Shown here: piece after piece, positions 1 through 9,476 of the stretch
How positions within the stretch are numbered: position 1 is the stretch's first letter
How the letters are laid out: every line of letters starts with the position of its first letter
Assembly: GCA_963827955.1 (NCBI GenBank)
Contig: CAWHDJ010000018.1
Span: 989,297 to 1,053,296 of the forward strand
Reading direction: 5' to 3'
Source of the DNA: an uncultured delta proteobacterium
Lineage (GTDB): Bacteria > Myxococcota_A > Polyangia > Polyangiales > Polyangiaceae
Length of the DNA: 64,000 bases
Made by a program: the position numbers and the translations under genes
Notes under the pieces: model-generated
Database searches by the model: none
Told to the model about the DNA's origin: nothing
The model's input: the letters and a program-made list of their open reading frames with translations, nothing else

Positions 1-127
1 CCTCCAGGACGCCGCCGAAGGGCAGCCGTCCGCGCCCACCGCGCCAACGGAATGGTGGTCGGACAGTAGTTGCAACTGCGCGCCGCCCTCGACGGTTGCG
101 CTTCATGCGACCGCGGAGCTGCCGCCC

Positions 128-998
128 ATGTCGACGGGCACGTTCACGTTCGGCGCGTCGCCACCTGATCCGGGGGCGAAGGCCCTCGCCGACATGGACG
201 AGAACGAGATCCTCTCCGCCCTACTCTACTGCCCTGAGCTGTTCCAGTGCCTGTTCGGCCCCCTGAACTATGATCGGCCGAGGTTCTGGGTGGCGATCGG
301 CCTTCACCGGCGCGACCTGGGCCTGCCCGACGCGGGCAAGCCGGGCGACATCGATGTCCTGCTCGGTCCGATGGTGGGTCGCGCCCCAGACTTCACGCGG
401 CTCGTGGGAGTCGAGGTGAAGGTGCGCCGCGCGAAGCAGGGCGACCCGGGCAACAGCCCCTCGTTCGGCACGAAGCAGGCTCGCGGGCTCCTCGAGCTGG
501 GCTGCGACCGCGCCGCGTTGGTCCACATCGTCGTCGCGCACCAGGTCGCCGACGCGGCCTGGATCCACGGAAGGCGGAGCATCGGGTCGCTCTTCGGTAT
601 GGATCTGACCCGCGCGGTCAGCGCACTCGCGCATGGGACGGCCCCACATCGAGATGCTCGTCTCGGCTACATGGTGGCGGCCTGGGGCCACGCCGCTGGG
701 AAGCTCACCGCTCGCGAGCAGTGCCCTCGTGGTCTACCCGCTCGTCCGCCCGGCCCCCAACCATCGGCACTACTGGCTCGAGTTCCAGAGCGCGAGCGTC
801 AAGGTCCAGCGCGCACTCGGCGATCTTTGGAACACGCGCAATCCACCCGATCACATCATCCGGCACTGCTACCTTTGCGGCCACGTTGTCCCCGTCCCGC
901 GGCGGCGTCCTGCGACGTGCCCCCAGTGCGAGAGGGCGTGGGTTCGGCCGTTCGCGATGCCGCACCCTGAGAACATTCGGCGCCTCGACACGCGGTAG
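128..998 (+). CDS. hypothetical protein: putative PD-(D/E)XK-like nuclease core plus C-terminal CxxC..CxxC zinc-finger. Apparent +1 frame discontinuity at about 640-760 joins ORF 128..970 to ORF 633..998.
   Basis: Frame 2 is protein-like up to '...GKLTAREQ'. Frame 3 is protein-like from '...HRHYWLEFQSASVKVQRALGDLW...HCYLCGH...CPQCERAW'. 'PGDIDVLLGP...VGVEVKV' resembles a D...ExK nuclease motif (inference). Confidence 0.4.
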
Positions 999-1081
999 GG
1001 CCACCCACGCATCCGCAGCATCGAGAGCCCGATCGCTCTGTCGAAGATGGTGGCCGTCCCGGGTGCCGCGTCCTTCGACTG

Positions 1082-1194
1082 GTGCACCGCATGTGAGGTG
1101 GGTTCAAACGGTTGCGCGCGCCTACGAGGGCTCGTCAGCCGCTTCGCCTCCACGATCTGATGCCACCTCACATGCGGTGCACTAGCTAGCTAGC
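1082..1194. terminator. Perfect 20-bp inverted repeat (1082-1101 GTGCACCGCATGTGAGGTGG / 1163-1182 CCACCTCACATGCGGTGCAC) with a 61-nt spacer, followed by palindromic (CTAG)3 at 1182-1193. Lies in the convergent intergenic region; candidate bidirectional terminator or protein-binding site.
   Basis: Read directly from the sequence. Located between convergent CDS 128..998 (+) and 1237..2031 (-). Confidence 0.55.
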
Positions 1195-1236
1195 GATGGT
1201 TCCCAATAGCTGTCGAAGCCGGAAGCTTTTCCTGAC

Positions 1237-2031
1237 TCACACCTCCCGGAACGCCTTGCGGTCGGTACGCCAGGCGTCGATGACGTTGGCCAGCGTCGGG
1301 CTCCCGTCCGCGTTCCACATCTCGGGGTCGCCGTCCCCGGGCGCATAGTCGCACACGAACATCCGGCCGTTCGGGGGGAACACAGTGGCCTTCCAATGAT
1401 TCTCGTCCGCCTGCCGAATCTGGAAGCGGGTCTTGCCACGGGTGGACTCGGTCGCCTGGGTCGCGTGCCCCGTCGCCCGCCTGAACGCGGCGGCGCTGCC
1501 GACCGGCGCGAGGAAGAGCACCCACCGGCCTCGGAGCGTGCTTCCGAACCTGCGCGCTTCGCTCTCGGTCCAGGGCCCGCTGGTCAGCGACACGACGTGC
1601 CGCTTGTCGACCTGCAGGACATACCAGTCGGTCCGGGGGTCGTCGTCGCCGTCGTTGTACTCGTAGACCCGCTCACGCTCCTTGTCGAAGGCGCGCTCCG
1701 TGCCGTCGGGGGCATGGAAGAGGACCCAGGGGACACCGACCTCGGCGTCCGCGAAGTCGCGGGCGTTCGTCTGCGTGACCCAGGGGCCCTCGCCGAGGTC
1801 CTCCGTCGTCCCATCAGAGTGTGTGCGCAGGATGTACCAGCCGCCCGGCACGCCACCCGGCGGCGGAGCTTGCCGGCGCAGCACGTCCGACAGCGCCGAA
1901 GAGGGGTCCACGGATCGGCGCAGACGCGGCACCCTCAGTTCGGGGTGGTAGGCGACGTGGGGGCCCTCCACCCACCCGACACGGTAGAGGCCAGAGGTGA
2001 CCCAGAACCTCGTCGACTTCATGCCAGCCAT
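1237..2031 (-). CDS. hypothetical protein (~265 aa) with an internal duplicated module ('PWVLFHAPDG...' / 'RWVLFLAPVG...')
   Basis: The C-terminal 265 aa of ORF 1237..2346 are protein-like, starting at ATG (MAGMKSTRFW) at 2031. The upstream 105 aa are Arg/Ser-rich and out of character. Confidence 0.5.
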   Translation of the reverse strand: MAGMKSTRFWVTSGLYRVGWVEGPHVAYHPELRVPRLRRSVDPSSALSDVLRRQAPPPGGVPGGWYILRTHSDGTTEDLGEGPWVTQTNARDFADAEVGVPWVLFHAPDGTERAFDKERERVYEYNDGDDDPRTDWYVLQVDKRHVVSLTSGPWTESEARRFGSTLRGRWVLFLAPVGSAAAFRRATGHATQATESTRGKTRFQIRQADENHWKATVFPPNGRMFVCDYAPGDGDPEMWNADGSPTLANVIDAWRTDRKAFREV

Positions 2032-2770
2032 GGGTCTGAGGATCGAAGACGCGATCCCCAGGTGCGAGCTTGTCCGGCGTGACGCAGGCGATGTCGGCGA
2101 GCTCGCGAGCGAAGGCGAGGAGCGACGCGCGCGCGTAGCGGTGCTCGCGCGCTGCGTGACCGATGTTCCGCTCGATGTTGAGCGCGTGCTCCGCGGTGAT
2201 CCGACCCTTGCTCTGGGCCAGCCGGAGCGCGTCTCGCACCTCGCTGATCGCTCCGATCGCGATCGGCTCCGCGGCGGGCCGGCGGGCGGCCTTCGGCTCG
2301 TAAGCGTTCGGGTAGGGCGACAGGCGGGAGGGCCGGGCGACGGCATGGGCGGGGCGCTCGGGCTGGTCGGGCCTCCCGGTCGTCTCCTCCTCCCGGCAGC
2401 GGAGCACAGCGGTCAGCGCCGAGATGGGGTAGACCCAGCACGCGCCGTGCTGCCCGATGACGGCGGAGACGAAACGGCGAAGGCCCCGCGTGCACTCGGC
2501 CTTCGTCGCGGGGCGCGCCTTGTGCACGGGCTCTTCCATCGGGGCGATGCTCTCGCCGTCGACGGTGCGCCAGACGACGTAGGGCCCGCCCGCACTGTCG
2601 ATCCCCTGGGACTCGCGCAGGACGAGGTGCGCGTACTGCTCGCCCGCTTCTGACCCGACGCTCGTCGCGACGTGGACCACGTCGTAGCGGTCGAGCGGTC
2701 CTCCATCCACGGGCTCGGCGAGGAGGGAGGGCCAGAGGGCAGCGTCATCGATCGAGAGGTTCCTGTTCAT
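1814..2770 (-). CDS. hypothetical protein (start MNRNLS at 2770). The 3' end overlaps the next gene by about 215 nt, so its C-terminus is uncertain.
   Basis: ATG at 2770 overlaps the stop of the upstream gene (ATGA). The body is protein-like; the last ~60 aa are low-complexity. Confidence 0.45.
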   Translation of the reverse strand: MNRNLSIDDAALWPSLLAEPVDGGPLDRYDVVHVATSVGSEAGEQYAHLVLRESQGIDSAGGPYVVWRTVDGESIAPMEEPVHKARPATKAECTRGLRRFVSAVIGQHGACWVYPISALTAVLRCREEETTGRPDQPERPAHAVARPSRLSPYPNAYEPKAARRPAAEPIAIGAISEVRDALRLAQSKGRITAEHALNIERNIGHAAREHRYARASLLAFARELADIACVTPDKLAPGDRVFDPQTHGWHEVDEVLGHLWPLPCRVGGGPPRRLPPRTEGAASAPIRGPLFGAVGRAAPASSAAGWRAGRLVHPAHTL

Positions 2771-3144
2771 CGTGATCTCCTCGGCGGCGAGACGGCCACC
2801 GGGCCACCAGGCCCCCACTCCTCGACGATGTCCTTGTGGGCGTCGTACACCTCACGACGCGCCGCGGGGGTCAGCTTGGTCCACGCCGTTTCGAGGATTG
2901 TTCGGAGGTCACCGACCTCGTGATCCGGCTCCGACTCGCGCCCGTGCACTTCGGCGGCCTCGAGCAGCGCGGCGAGCTTGTCGCGACCTTGCTGTACGAC
3001 CGCGGGCTTGGCCTCGAGCTGGCTGCGTGCAGCCGCGCTTCCCGTCTGCCTGCGCCAGCGGTCGATAGCCTCCTCCGCGTCCGCGCCAGCGACCTTGAGG
3101 CGGTGCGGCTTGCCTCGAACGAAGATGCACCAGAGGTCATTCAT
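2767..3144 (-). CDS. small hypothetical protein carrying a 'DLWxIFVRG...EEAI(D/R)RWRRQT' domain
   Basis: 125-aa ORF. Paralogous to the C-terminal part of the gene at 3191..3835. The ATGA overlap with the downstream gene indicates translational coupling. Confidence 0.5.
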   Translation of the reverse strand: MNDLWCIFVRGKPHRLKVAGADAEEAIDRWRRQTGSAAARSQLEAKPAVVQQGRDKLAALLEAAEVHGRESEPDHEVGDLRTILETAWTKLTPAARREVYDAHKDIVEEWGPGGPVAVSPPRRSR

Positions 3145-3190
3145 GGGTAGCTCCTCTTGCTCGCGGCGTCGGAGGGTGATCTCCTGGCGA

Positions 3191-3835
3191 TCAGAACGCC
3201 GTCTCCTTGAGCCGGCCGCCCACCATCGCGTAGGTCACTTCGAAGGGGTGGCGCGCGTCTTGGCTCTCGACGCCGCCTTCCGTACCGAGCGCGCGCACGC
3301 GGCGCTTGACCTCCGTCACAGCGTCCTTGCGGACGTCGGTGAACCAACCCGCCACCTTGCGGGGACGGCGCCTTTCCACCACCCAGCAGTGGTAGCGGAG
3401 CCGTGCACCGCTGACAGTTGCCTTGGCCCGGTTGGACGTCTCCGGCTCGGCGATGATCTCACCGCGGGGGACCTGACTGTGCGTCTGTCGGCGCCAGCGG
3501 CGGATCGCCTCTTCCTCGTCGGAGGCGAACGCCAGGAGCGGCTGTGCTTCACCGCGTACGAAGATCGTCCAGAGGTCCCCCTTCGCGTCCCCCTCGCCCT
3601 TTGCCTTCGCGAAGAGCTTGGCGACGTTCTTGGCGTGCTTCTCCGCACGGCTTCCCTTGCCCACCTGCTCGACGAGGATCGCGCCGTCCCGGAGGTGCAC
3701 CTTCGCGCGGATCGCTCCGTCCTGGGTCGCATGGACCACGCCCGGGGGGCCCGGAAGCGGGAAGTAGTCGCTGTGGAAGAAGGCCGGCTCGACGTCCTCG
3801 AAGGTGAGTCTCTCGAGCTGCTCGTTCAGCGTCAT
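3191..3835 (-). CDS. hypothetical two-domain protein; its C-terminal half is paralogous to 2767..3144
   Basis: ATG (MTLNEQLERL) at 3835. 'KGDLWTIFVRGEAQPLLAFASDEEEAIRRWRRQTHS' matches 'DLWCIFVRGKPHRLKVAGADAEEAIDRWRRQTGS'. Confidence 0.55.
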   Translation of the reverse strand: MTLNEQLERLTFEDVEPAFFHSDYFPLPGPPGVVHATQDGAIRAKVHLRDGAILVEQVGKGSRAEKHAKNVAKLFAKAKGEGDAKGDLWTIFVRGEAQPLLAFASDEEEAIRRWRRQTHSQVPRGEIIAEPETSNRAKATVSGARLRYHCWVVERRRPRKVAGWFTDVRKDAVTEVKRRVRALGTEGGVESQDARHPFEVTYAMVGGRLKETAF

Positions 3836-3854
3836 GGGATGCTCCTCGTGGCTC

Positions 3855-4454
3855 TCATGTGGGTCCGCACGCGTCGCCGAAGCAGCCGGCGGGCAGGATC
3901 CACGGGTCGATGATGACGGGCTCGTCGAACGTCGTGGAGAGCGCCGCGCGGATGTCCTCCGCACGCATGCCCTCGCCGTGAAGGCCCCCGAACGGGTGGC
4001 CCTGGTTGGCCATCTGGAGGACGCTTCGGTGCCGATCGATGGTCTTCCCGAAACGCTTCTCGTAGTCGGCGATGCGCTGGAACTGCTCCGGGTTCACAGC
4101 ACGGAGGGAAGCCCACTGGTCGGGGCTGCCGAAGATGCAGCCCGCGCACGACACGCGACCCCAGCCGAGGCGGTACGCGGGGTGCGGGTTGACGTGGCAA
4201 TGCTCGATGAGGGCCCAGACCTGCTCGGCCTTCCAGCCGTGTACGGCCCGCCAGCGATTGATCGTCCGCGGGGTTCTTCCGTTCCGCAGGTCGGTGTCAT
4301 CCGCCTCGAACACCGCATAGCTCTGCCGCTTCTTCGACTCCTCGCCGCGCTCACCCGTCAACACCAGCGTTCGCCGATTGTTGAAGCGCTCCTGGTTGCG
4401 CAACGCGGCTCCGGCGACCATGATTTTGACGTTTGCTTCATGATGCACCTCCAT
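3855..4454 (-). CDS. PAPS-reductase (CysH/DndC) family protein, C-terminal portion only; lacks the N-terminal PP-loop
   Basis: 'LTGERGEESKKRQ' fits the G-x-R-x-x-ES-x-x-R family motif, and 'SCAGC' is the C-terminal Cys pair. There is no SGGxDS motif upstream. Only 250 nt separate it from the divergent antiporter gene. Confidence 0.5.
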   Translation of the reverse strand: MEVHHEANVKIMVAGAALRNQERFNNRRTLVLTGERGEESKKRQSYAVFEADDTDLRNGRTPRTINRWRAVHGWKAEQVWALIEHCHVNPHPAYRLGWGRVSCAGCIFGSPDQWASLRAVNPEQFQRIADYEKRFGKTIDRHRSVLQMANQGHPFGGLHGEGMRAEDIRAALSTTFDEPVIIDPWILPAGCFGDACGPT

Positions 4455-4706
4455 CGTGAGGTCGGTTCGGATTGTGGGAAATGCAGCGTCTCGCTCTCCG
4501 CCGTCCCGCTGAGCCAAGGGCAAAGCCCTGGCCGGCCGCTTCCTCGTCGCGCCCTTCCGGCTCTCGTGCGTCCGGTCTTCGGAGACGACGCGGCACGCAG
4601 GCGACCTGGCGCTTGATCGTTCCCTGCCGAGATCCCTTGCCGCCGCGCCGGCGCCGCGGGAACTCCCCCGACCATGAGCGCTCTCTTCCACCTCCGCGAG
4701 TAGCCC

Positions 4707-5957
4707 ATGGGCTCCGCTTCCGATCCCGTCGCCCACCTCGCCCTGGTGCTCGGCCTGCTGCTCCTCGCCGCCCGCCTCTGCGGCGAGCTTGCTGCCCGCG
4801 TGGGCATGCCCCAGGTGCTCGGCGAGCTCCTTGCCGGCGTCGCGCTCCGCCTCCTGCCAGGCGCTTTCTTCGGCGACCTCGGGACAGAGCCGGCCCTCGA
4901 CATGCTCGCCCGCCTCGGCGCGCTCGTGCTTCTCTTCGACGCCGGCCTCGCCCTGAGCGTGCGCGACGTCCTCCGCGTTGGCGGCGCGGCAGTTGGCGTG
5001 GCAGTCCTGGGTACGGTCGGCTCGTTCCTCTTCGGCCTCGGCGCGGTCACCTGGCTCCTTCCCGTCGCCAAGCCGGCCACGCGCGTGTTCCTCGCGGGCG
5101 CGCTCACGGCGACGAGTGTCGGAGTGAGCGCGCGGGTGCTCAAGGACGTCGGCCGGTCCACGCGCACCACGGTCGAGGCGCGCACCATCCTCGGCGCTGC
5201 GGTCATCGACGACGTGATCGGCCTCCTGGTCCTCTCGCTCGTGACCGGCTGGGCCACGAGCGGCGCGCTCGCGGCTTCGGGCGGACTCTCGCTCGCCTTC
5301 CTCATCCTCAAGACCGCCGTCTTCTTCACCGTCCTGCTCACCCTGGGCCCGCGCCTCGTCCCCGGCCTGCTCCGCTTCTCCGCCCGCCTCCGGACGCGGA
5401 GCGCCCTCGTGGTCACGGGCCTCGCACTCTGCTTCCTCCTCGCCTGGGCCGCCGATGCGATTGGCCTCGCTCCCATCGTCGGCGCCTTCACTGCTGGCCT
5501 CGTGCTTGAGGAGGCGCACTGGCGCGCGTTCCTCGACCGGGGCGAGCGTGGGCTCGACCAGGAGGTCGAGCCCCTCAGCGCTTTCCTCGTCCCTCTCTTC
5601 TTCGCTCTCCTCGGCGTGCGCACCGACCTCCGCGCTTTCGTCGACGCTTCCGCCCTCGCCCTCGCGCTTGGTCTCACCCTCGCCGCCGTCCTCGGCAAGC
5701 TCGCATGTGCCCTCGGCGCCGCCCGCGGCTCGAACCGCCTCACCATCGCGTTCGGGATGATGCCGCGCGGAGAGGTCAGCCTCGTCTTCGCGAGCCTGGG
5801 GCTCTCGCTCGGCGACGAGGGTCACAAGATGCTCGACCGGCGAGCCTACTCCGCCCTCGTGATGATGGTGGTGCTGACCACGCTGATCACGCCGCTCGGC
5901 CTGAAGTGGAGCCTCGGGCGGCAGCCCCGCAGCGCGCCGCCGAGTGAGCCTCAGTGA
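4707..5957 (+). CDS. monovalent cation:proton antiporter (CPA1/CPA2 superfamily, Kef/NhaP-like membrane domain)
   Basis: 416-aa polytopic membrane protein with many hydrophobic helices and a fold typical of Na+/H+ or K+/H+ exchangers. The large antisense ORF 3855..6176 opposite it is a shadow ORF. Confidence 0.8.
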   Translation: MGSASDPVAHLALVLGLLLLAARLCGELAARVGMPQVLGELLAGVALRLLPGAFFGDLGTEPALDMLARLGALVLLFDAGLALSVRDVLRVGGAAVGVAVLGTVGSFLFGLGAVTWLLPVAKPATRVFLAGALTATSVGVSARVLKDVGRSTRTTVEARTILGAAVIDDVIGLLVLSLVTGWATSGALAASGGLSLAFLILKTAVFFTVLLTLGPRLVPGLLRFSARLRTRSALVVTGLALCFLLAWAADAIGLAPIVGAFTAGLVLEEAHWRAFLDRGERGLDQEVEPLSAFLVPLFFALLGVRTDLRAFVDASALALALGLTLAAVLGKLACALGAARGSNRLTIAFGMMPRGEVSLVFASLGLSLGDEGHKMLDRRAYSALVMMVVLTTLITPLGLKWSLGRQPRSAPPSEPQ

Positions 5958-6072
5958 CGACTGCACGGGTGAGAGGGCGGCGGGGACTACCGGGAAGGGT
6001 AGCGCAAGCGAGGCCACGAACTCGCCGACTACGGTGTTGACGTGCGCTCCATGATGCACCGCCCTTGCGAGA

Positions 6073-8353
6073 TCAGTGTGCGGCATGGGAATGACCCTTC
6101 CGCGTGTGCTTGAGCTTGATGATCCGGAGTCGCGAGAGCGTCGCGGGGTCAAGCTTGAACCAGAGCGGACGACCATGGCCGCCGCGGTCGCTGGGCTTGA
6201 GCCAGCGCCGGGCGACCCAGTAGCGAACGGTCTCCAGCGAGACGTCGAGCTGTGCGGCGACGGCGCGCAACGAGTACAACCCGTCGGACCGCTGGGGAGG
6301 GGTCACCCACTTCTTCTTGACGTTGAGGTCTTCGAGTCGCGCGATTGTTGCGTCGTCGAGCTTGAACCAGGCGGTGGGCCCTGGACCGCTGCGCGCGCTG
6401 GGGACGAGCCAGCCCCGCGCGACCCAATAGTGCACGGCGCCTGCGCGAACCCCGAGGCGCTTGGCGACCCCTCGGAGAGAGTACAAGCCGTCGGAGCGCT
6501 GGTAGGGCGGAGTGCGCGGTACCGACTCAAGAGCGTGACGTCTCCGAACCCCGTTGACGGCCCCCTCTTGCCACTCGTTGCCGAAGCGACTGCGAAGCCC
6601 TTGACGGTTCAGTTCCTGAGCGATCTGCGCGTTCGTCTTCCCTTGCTTGATGAGGGATTGGATCAGCTCAACAAGTGCGCTCTCGCTCGTTGCATCTCTC
6701 GGAGGCCGCGCGCGTGGGACGGTGAGGTCGGTGACGGCGCCCGTGCGCCAGAGGACCTGGATGCGCGTCAACGGCTGCGGGACGTCGATCGGCGTCAGAG
6801 TGACATGCTGCACGAGCATGCGGAGGAGGTTCTTGCGGTCGGCATGCGTCGTCGTATCCGCGTCCCACACCTGCCGCAGGTCCTTGGCGAGCGCGAGAAT
6901 GCGGGTGCGGTCGGACGCCGAAAGGTCGAGCTTGTCCCGCTGACGCGCCTCCTCGTATTCACGCTCGACGGTATCCAGCTCTTGGAGCTTGGAGTTCCAC
7001 TCGTGCTCCAGGGTGCGCGCGACGACGCGGTTGTCAGGATCCACGGCCTTGTAGCGGCGCTCGGCCAGGCGCGCCTCGTACCGCGCGCGATCGAGGCGAA
7101 GCTTCCACTGCTTGTCGAGCTCCGCCGTCTGCCGCTCCGCCTGACGCACCACCTCCAGACCGAGCTCGATCTCGGGCACGTGCACCGTGTCCAAGAAGAG
7201 CTTGGTGACCGCCTCCTCGATGCGGGGCCCAGAGACCATCCAGCAGACCGGATGGCCGCCGCCGTACCTGAGCGGCGCGCGGCAGTCATAGCTGGGATCA
7301 GCATGGCGGCCGACGTAGCGGACGGTCATCTTGCGCCCGCATCGACCGCAGATCGCCAGGCCCTGCAACAGCGCGGAGCCTCTGCCGGGTGCACCGCGCT
7401 GGTCGGGAGCGCGGCGCGGCGCGTTGCTCTGCAACTTGCGCTGGTTCGCCATGAACTCCTCCCACGAGATGTAGGCCGGGTGGTGGTCGCGAATGCACAC
7501 CGTCCAATCGTCCTGCGCGCGCTTGCGGACGCCGCGGCGCACCTGCCCGTTGATCAGCATCCTGCGCGCCTCGTAGCGGCCGAAGGCGAAGGCGCCGGCG
7601 TAGATCGGGTTCTCCAAGACGCGCAGGACGAAGGCGAGGCGCGGAGCGTGCCAACAACGCTCCTGCGTCGTAGGATCGCGTCCCGGCATCTGAAGGCCGT
7701 GCGCCAAGAAGTAGCGCACCACGCCGCATGCACTTCCATTCAGGCGGAAGCGCTCGAAGAGGAGCCGGATCACGCGTTGAACGTGCTCGTCGGGATCGAA
7801 GCGAGGGGTTTCCTGACCCTCGTCCCAGATGTAGCCCGCCGCCGTCTTGAACCGCAGCGCGCCCCGGCGCGCCTTGCTCAACTTTCCGCCGTGCAGGCGC
7901 AGACGCAGCCAGGTCAACTCGACCTCGCTCATGGTGCCCTTGAGCCCCAGCAACAGCCGGTCATCCGGGTTGCGAGGGGTGAAGACCGACTGCTCGTCGA
8001 GCAGGATCACGTCGGCCAGTCCGCAGAGATCCAGCAGCCGGTACCAGTCCGCGGAGGAGCGTGCGAGGCGCGAAACCTCGAGCGCAAAGATGGCGCCGAC
8101 TCGCCCGTGGGCCGACGTCCTCTGCGAGGCGCTTGAAGCCGTCGCGCCGCTCCGTGCCCGCCGCGCTCTGCCCGAGGTCCTCGTCGATGATCTCAACGCG
8201 CTCCGCGGGCCAACCGAGCTCGATGGCGTGTTGCTTCAGAGCGTACTGGCGCGCGGTCGACTCGGGGTGATTGCGCACCTGCCGCGGGTCGGACTGGCGC
8301 GGGTAGACGACCGCTCGGCGCTCCAGGTGGGTCGACTGGATCTTGTCGTTCAT
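6073..8353 (-). pseudogene. large serine recombinase (integrase), split by a single-base frame discontinuity at about 8105-8115. Carries a tandemly duplicated C-terminal ~60-aa HTH-like module.
   Basis: N-terminus 'AVVYPRQSDPRQ...' gives the Y-x-R-x-S catalytic motif in the frame of ORF 7961..9049. 'VGAIFALEVSRLARS', the recombinase domain, the Zn ribbon 'CGRCGRKMTV...C' and a coiled-coil lie in the frame of ORF 6073..8196. The C-terminus contains 'QRSDGLYSLR.VA..L.V....V.YWVAR.WL.PS' twice. Confidence 0.8.
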
Positions 8354-8802
8354 CACCGGCCTCCTTGTGCGCGCCGGCCCGGACGACCTTGAGCACGAGC
8401 GTCGCCCATGCTCCCAATAGGTCGCGCCGCACGTCCGTCGGTAGCGCGCCCAGTCGAGGTGGATCGGGTCGATCGATCGGGTGCGGTTGCATCCACGGGT
8501 CCGCTCGGGGGCTTGAGGTTGCCTCGTGGAGACTCCTGCGGCGGACGGTGCTGCCGGTCCAGCATGTCGGCGACGGCATCCGCGAGCTCCACCAGTCCAC
8601 GCGCGGACAGCAGAACCTCGCGACCCCCGACCTGTGGCGGTGCCACAGGCGGGCCGCGGTCGGTCCACTCCTCGGGCAGCACGATCATCTCGCGCTTGGA
8701 CCCCTCGATCTGAACGTAGCGGCGCCCGTCCGGCGCGGTGTACGCGTGAAGCAGGACGAACCGGCGTCCTCGGAAAGGATGGATCGGCAGGGTCACCGTC
8801 AC
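8353..8802 (-). CDS. small hypothetical protein immediately upstream of the recombinase and translationally coupled to it (GTGA and ATGA overlaps). Possible recombination directionality factor or accessory protein.
   Basis: 149-aa ORF. The N-terminal 90 aa are protein-like ('MTVTLPIHPFRGRRFVLLHAYTAPDGRRYVQIEG...'). Its stop overlaps the recombinase ATG. Confidence 0.45.
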   Translation of the reverse strand: MTVTLPIHPFRGRRFVLLHAYTAPDGRRYVQIEGSKREMIVLPEEWTDRGPPVAPPQVGGREVLLSARGLVELADAVADMLDRQHRPPQESPRGNLKPPSGPVDATAPDRSTRSTSTGRATDGRAARPIGSMGDARAQGRPGRRAQGGR

Positions 8803-9476
8803 GAAGCGCGAGGACTCGGTGATGTCGGGTGCATTCTCCGACGTGCGTCTTCGTGTAGGCCGAGCACCAGCGCTTCCCGAGGTCGCCCGTCTTCATCGGA
8901 AACTGCCGGCGATAGCCGGGCTTGTCGCTCTCGCCGCCCGCGCGCTCGAGCCCGTACGGAGTCTCGAACAGGTACGCCGCTGTCGGGGTTTGGTCGCGGA
9001 GCATCTCGCCCTCGAACCCGCCCACCTTCCAACTGAAGTAGATGCGCACGCCGAACGCCGCGGCGATTCTGGCGGCAATAGTCTCGCGTGCAGGGCCAAT
9101 CCATCAGCGTCGAGCCCTCACGGCCGTCGACGTCGTGATGCCAGAGCTCGATGCGTTCCTGTGGAACGCCGAGCAGCAGCAGCAAGAGCAGCAGCGCGAG
9201 GGAGTCCTTGCCGCCGCTGAAGGCCACGATGATCACGTCATACGAGAACGGGTCGACCGCGGGCTTGCTCGGCGTCGGTGCGAAGGCGACGTGACTCGGT
9301 GCGAACGCGAAGCGCTGCCACGGAAGCGGAGGGGGCGCATCACGTGCGAGCGGGCGCGACGACCGCAGGGCGCGGTCGGAAGAGGCTTCTGCAGTCGCTG
9401 CTCGCAGAAGGGCCCCGAGCGCGGACATCCGGCCCTGGTTGGGGGCAACGGAGACGGGCGCATCGAGGGCCGTCAT
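8799..9476 (-). CDS. PAPS-reductase family PP-loop ATP-pyrophosphatase (DndC/CysH-like), paralog B. Frame discontinuity near 9060; the 3' end is uncertain.
   Basis: 'VIIVAFSGGKDSLALL' is a PP-loop. The protein continues in another frame as 'FGVRIYFSWKVGGFEGEM...GLERAGGESDKPGYRRQF...KRWCS' (the R-x-x-ES motif). The ATG at 9476 overlaps the stop of the upstream gene. Confidence 0.55.
   Translation of the reverse strand: MTALDAPVSVAPNQGRMSALGALLRAATAEASSDRALRSSRPLARDAPPPLPWQRFAFAPSHVAFAPTPSKPAVDPFSYDVIIVAFSGGKDSLALLLLLLLLGVPQERIELWHHDVDGREGSTLMDWPCTRDYCRQNRRGVRRAHLLQLEGGRVRGRDAPRPNPDSGVPVRDSVRARARGRRERQARLSPAVSDEDGRPREALVLGLHEDARRRMHPTSPSPRAS

Noticed and set aside
1095-1115. 'GGGTTCAAACGG' resembling a tRNA T-loop
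   Set aside because: The flanking bases cannot form a T-stem or acceptor stem. It lies inside the spacer of the 20-bp inverted repeat. No tRNA-like cloverleaf was recognised anywhere in the window.
4460-4707. The 250-bp gap between the PAPS-reductase fragment and the antiporter as an obvious att site or direct repeat
   Set aside because: No repeat matching any other island boundary was found by eye. It may simply be a divergent promoter region, so it is kept only as a boundary candidate.
3855-6176. The 773-aa minus-strand ORF spanning the antiporter region
   Set aside because: Only its last ~200 codons (3855-4454) are protein-like, and these are the PAPS-reductase fragment. The rest is the antisense of the antiporter gene (E/R/G-rich low complexity).
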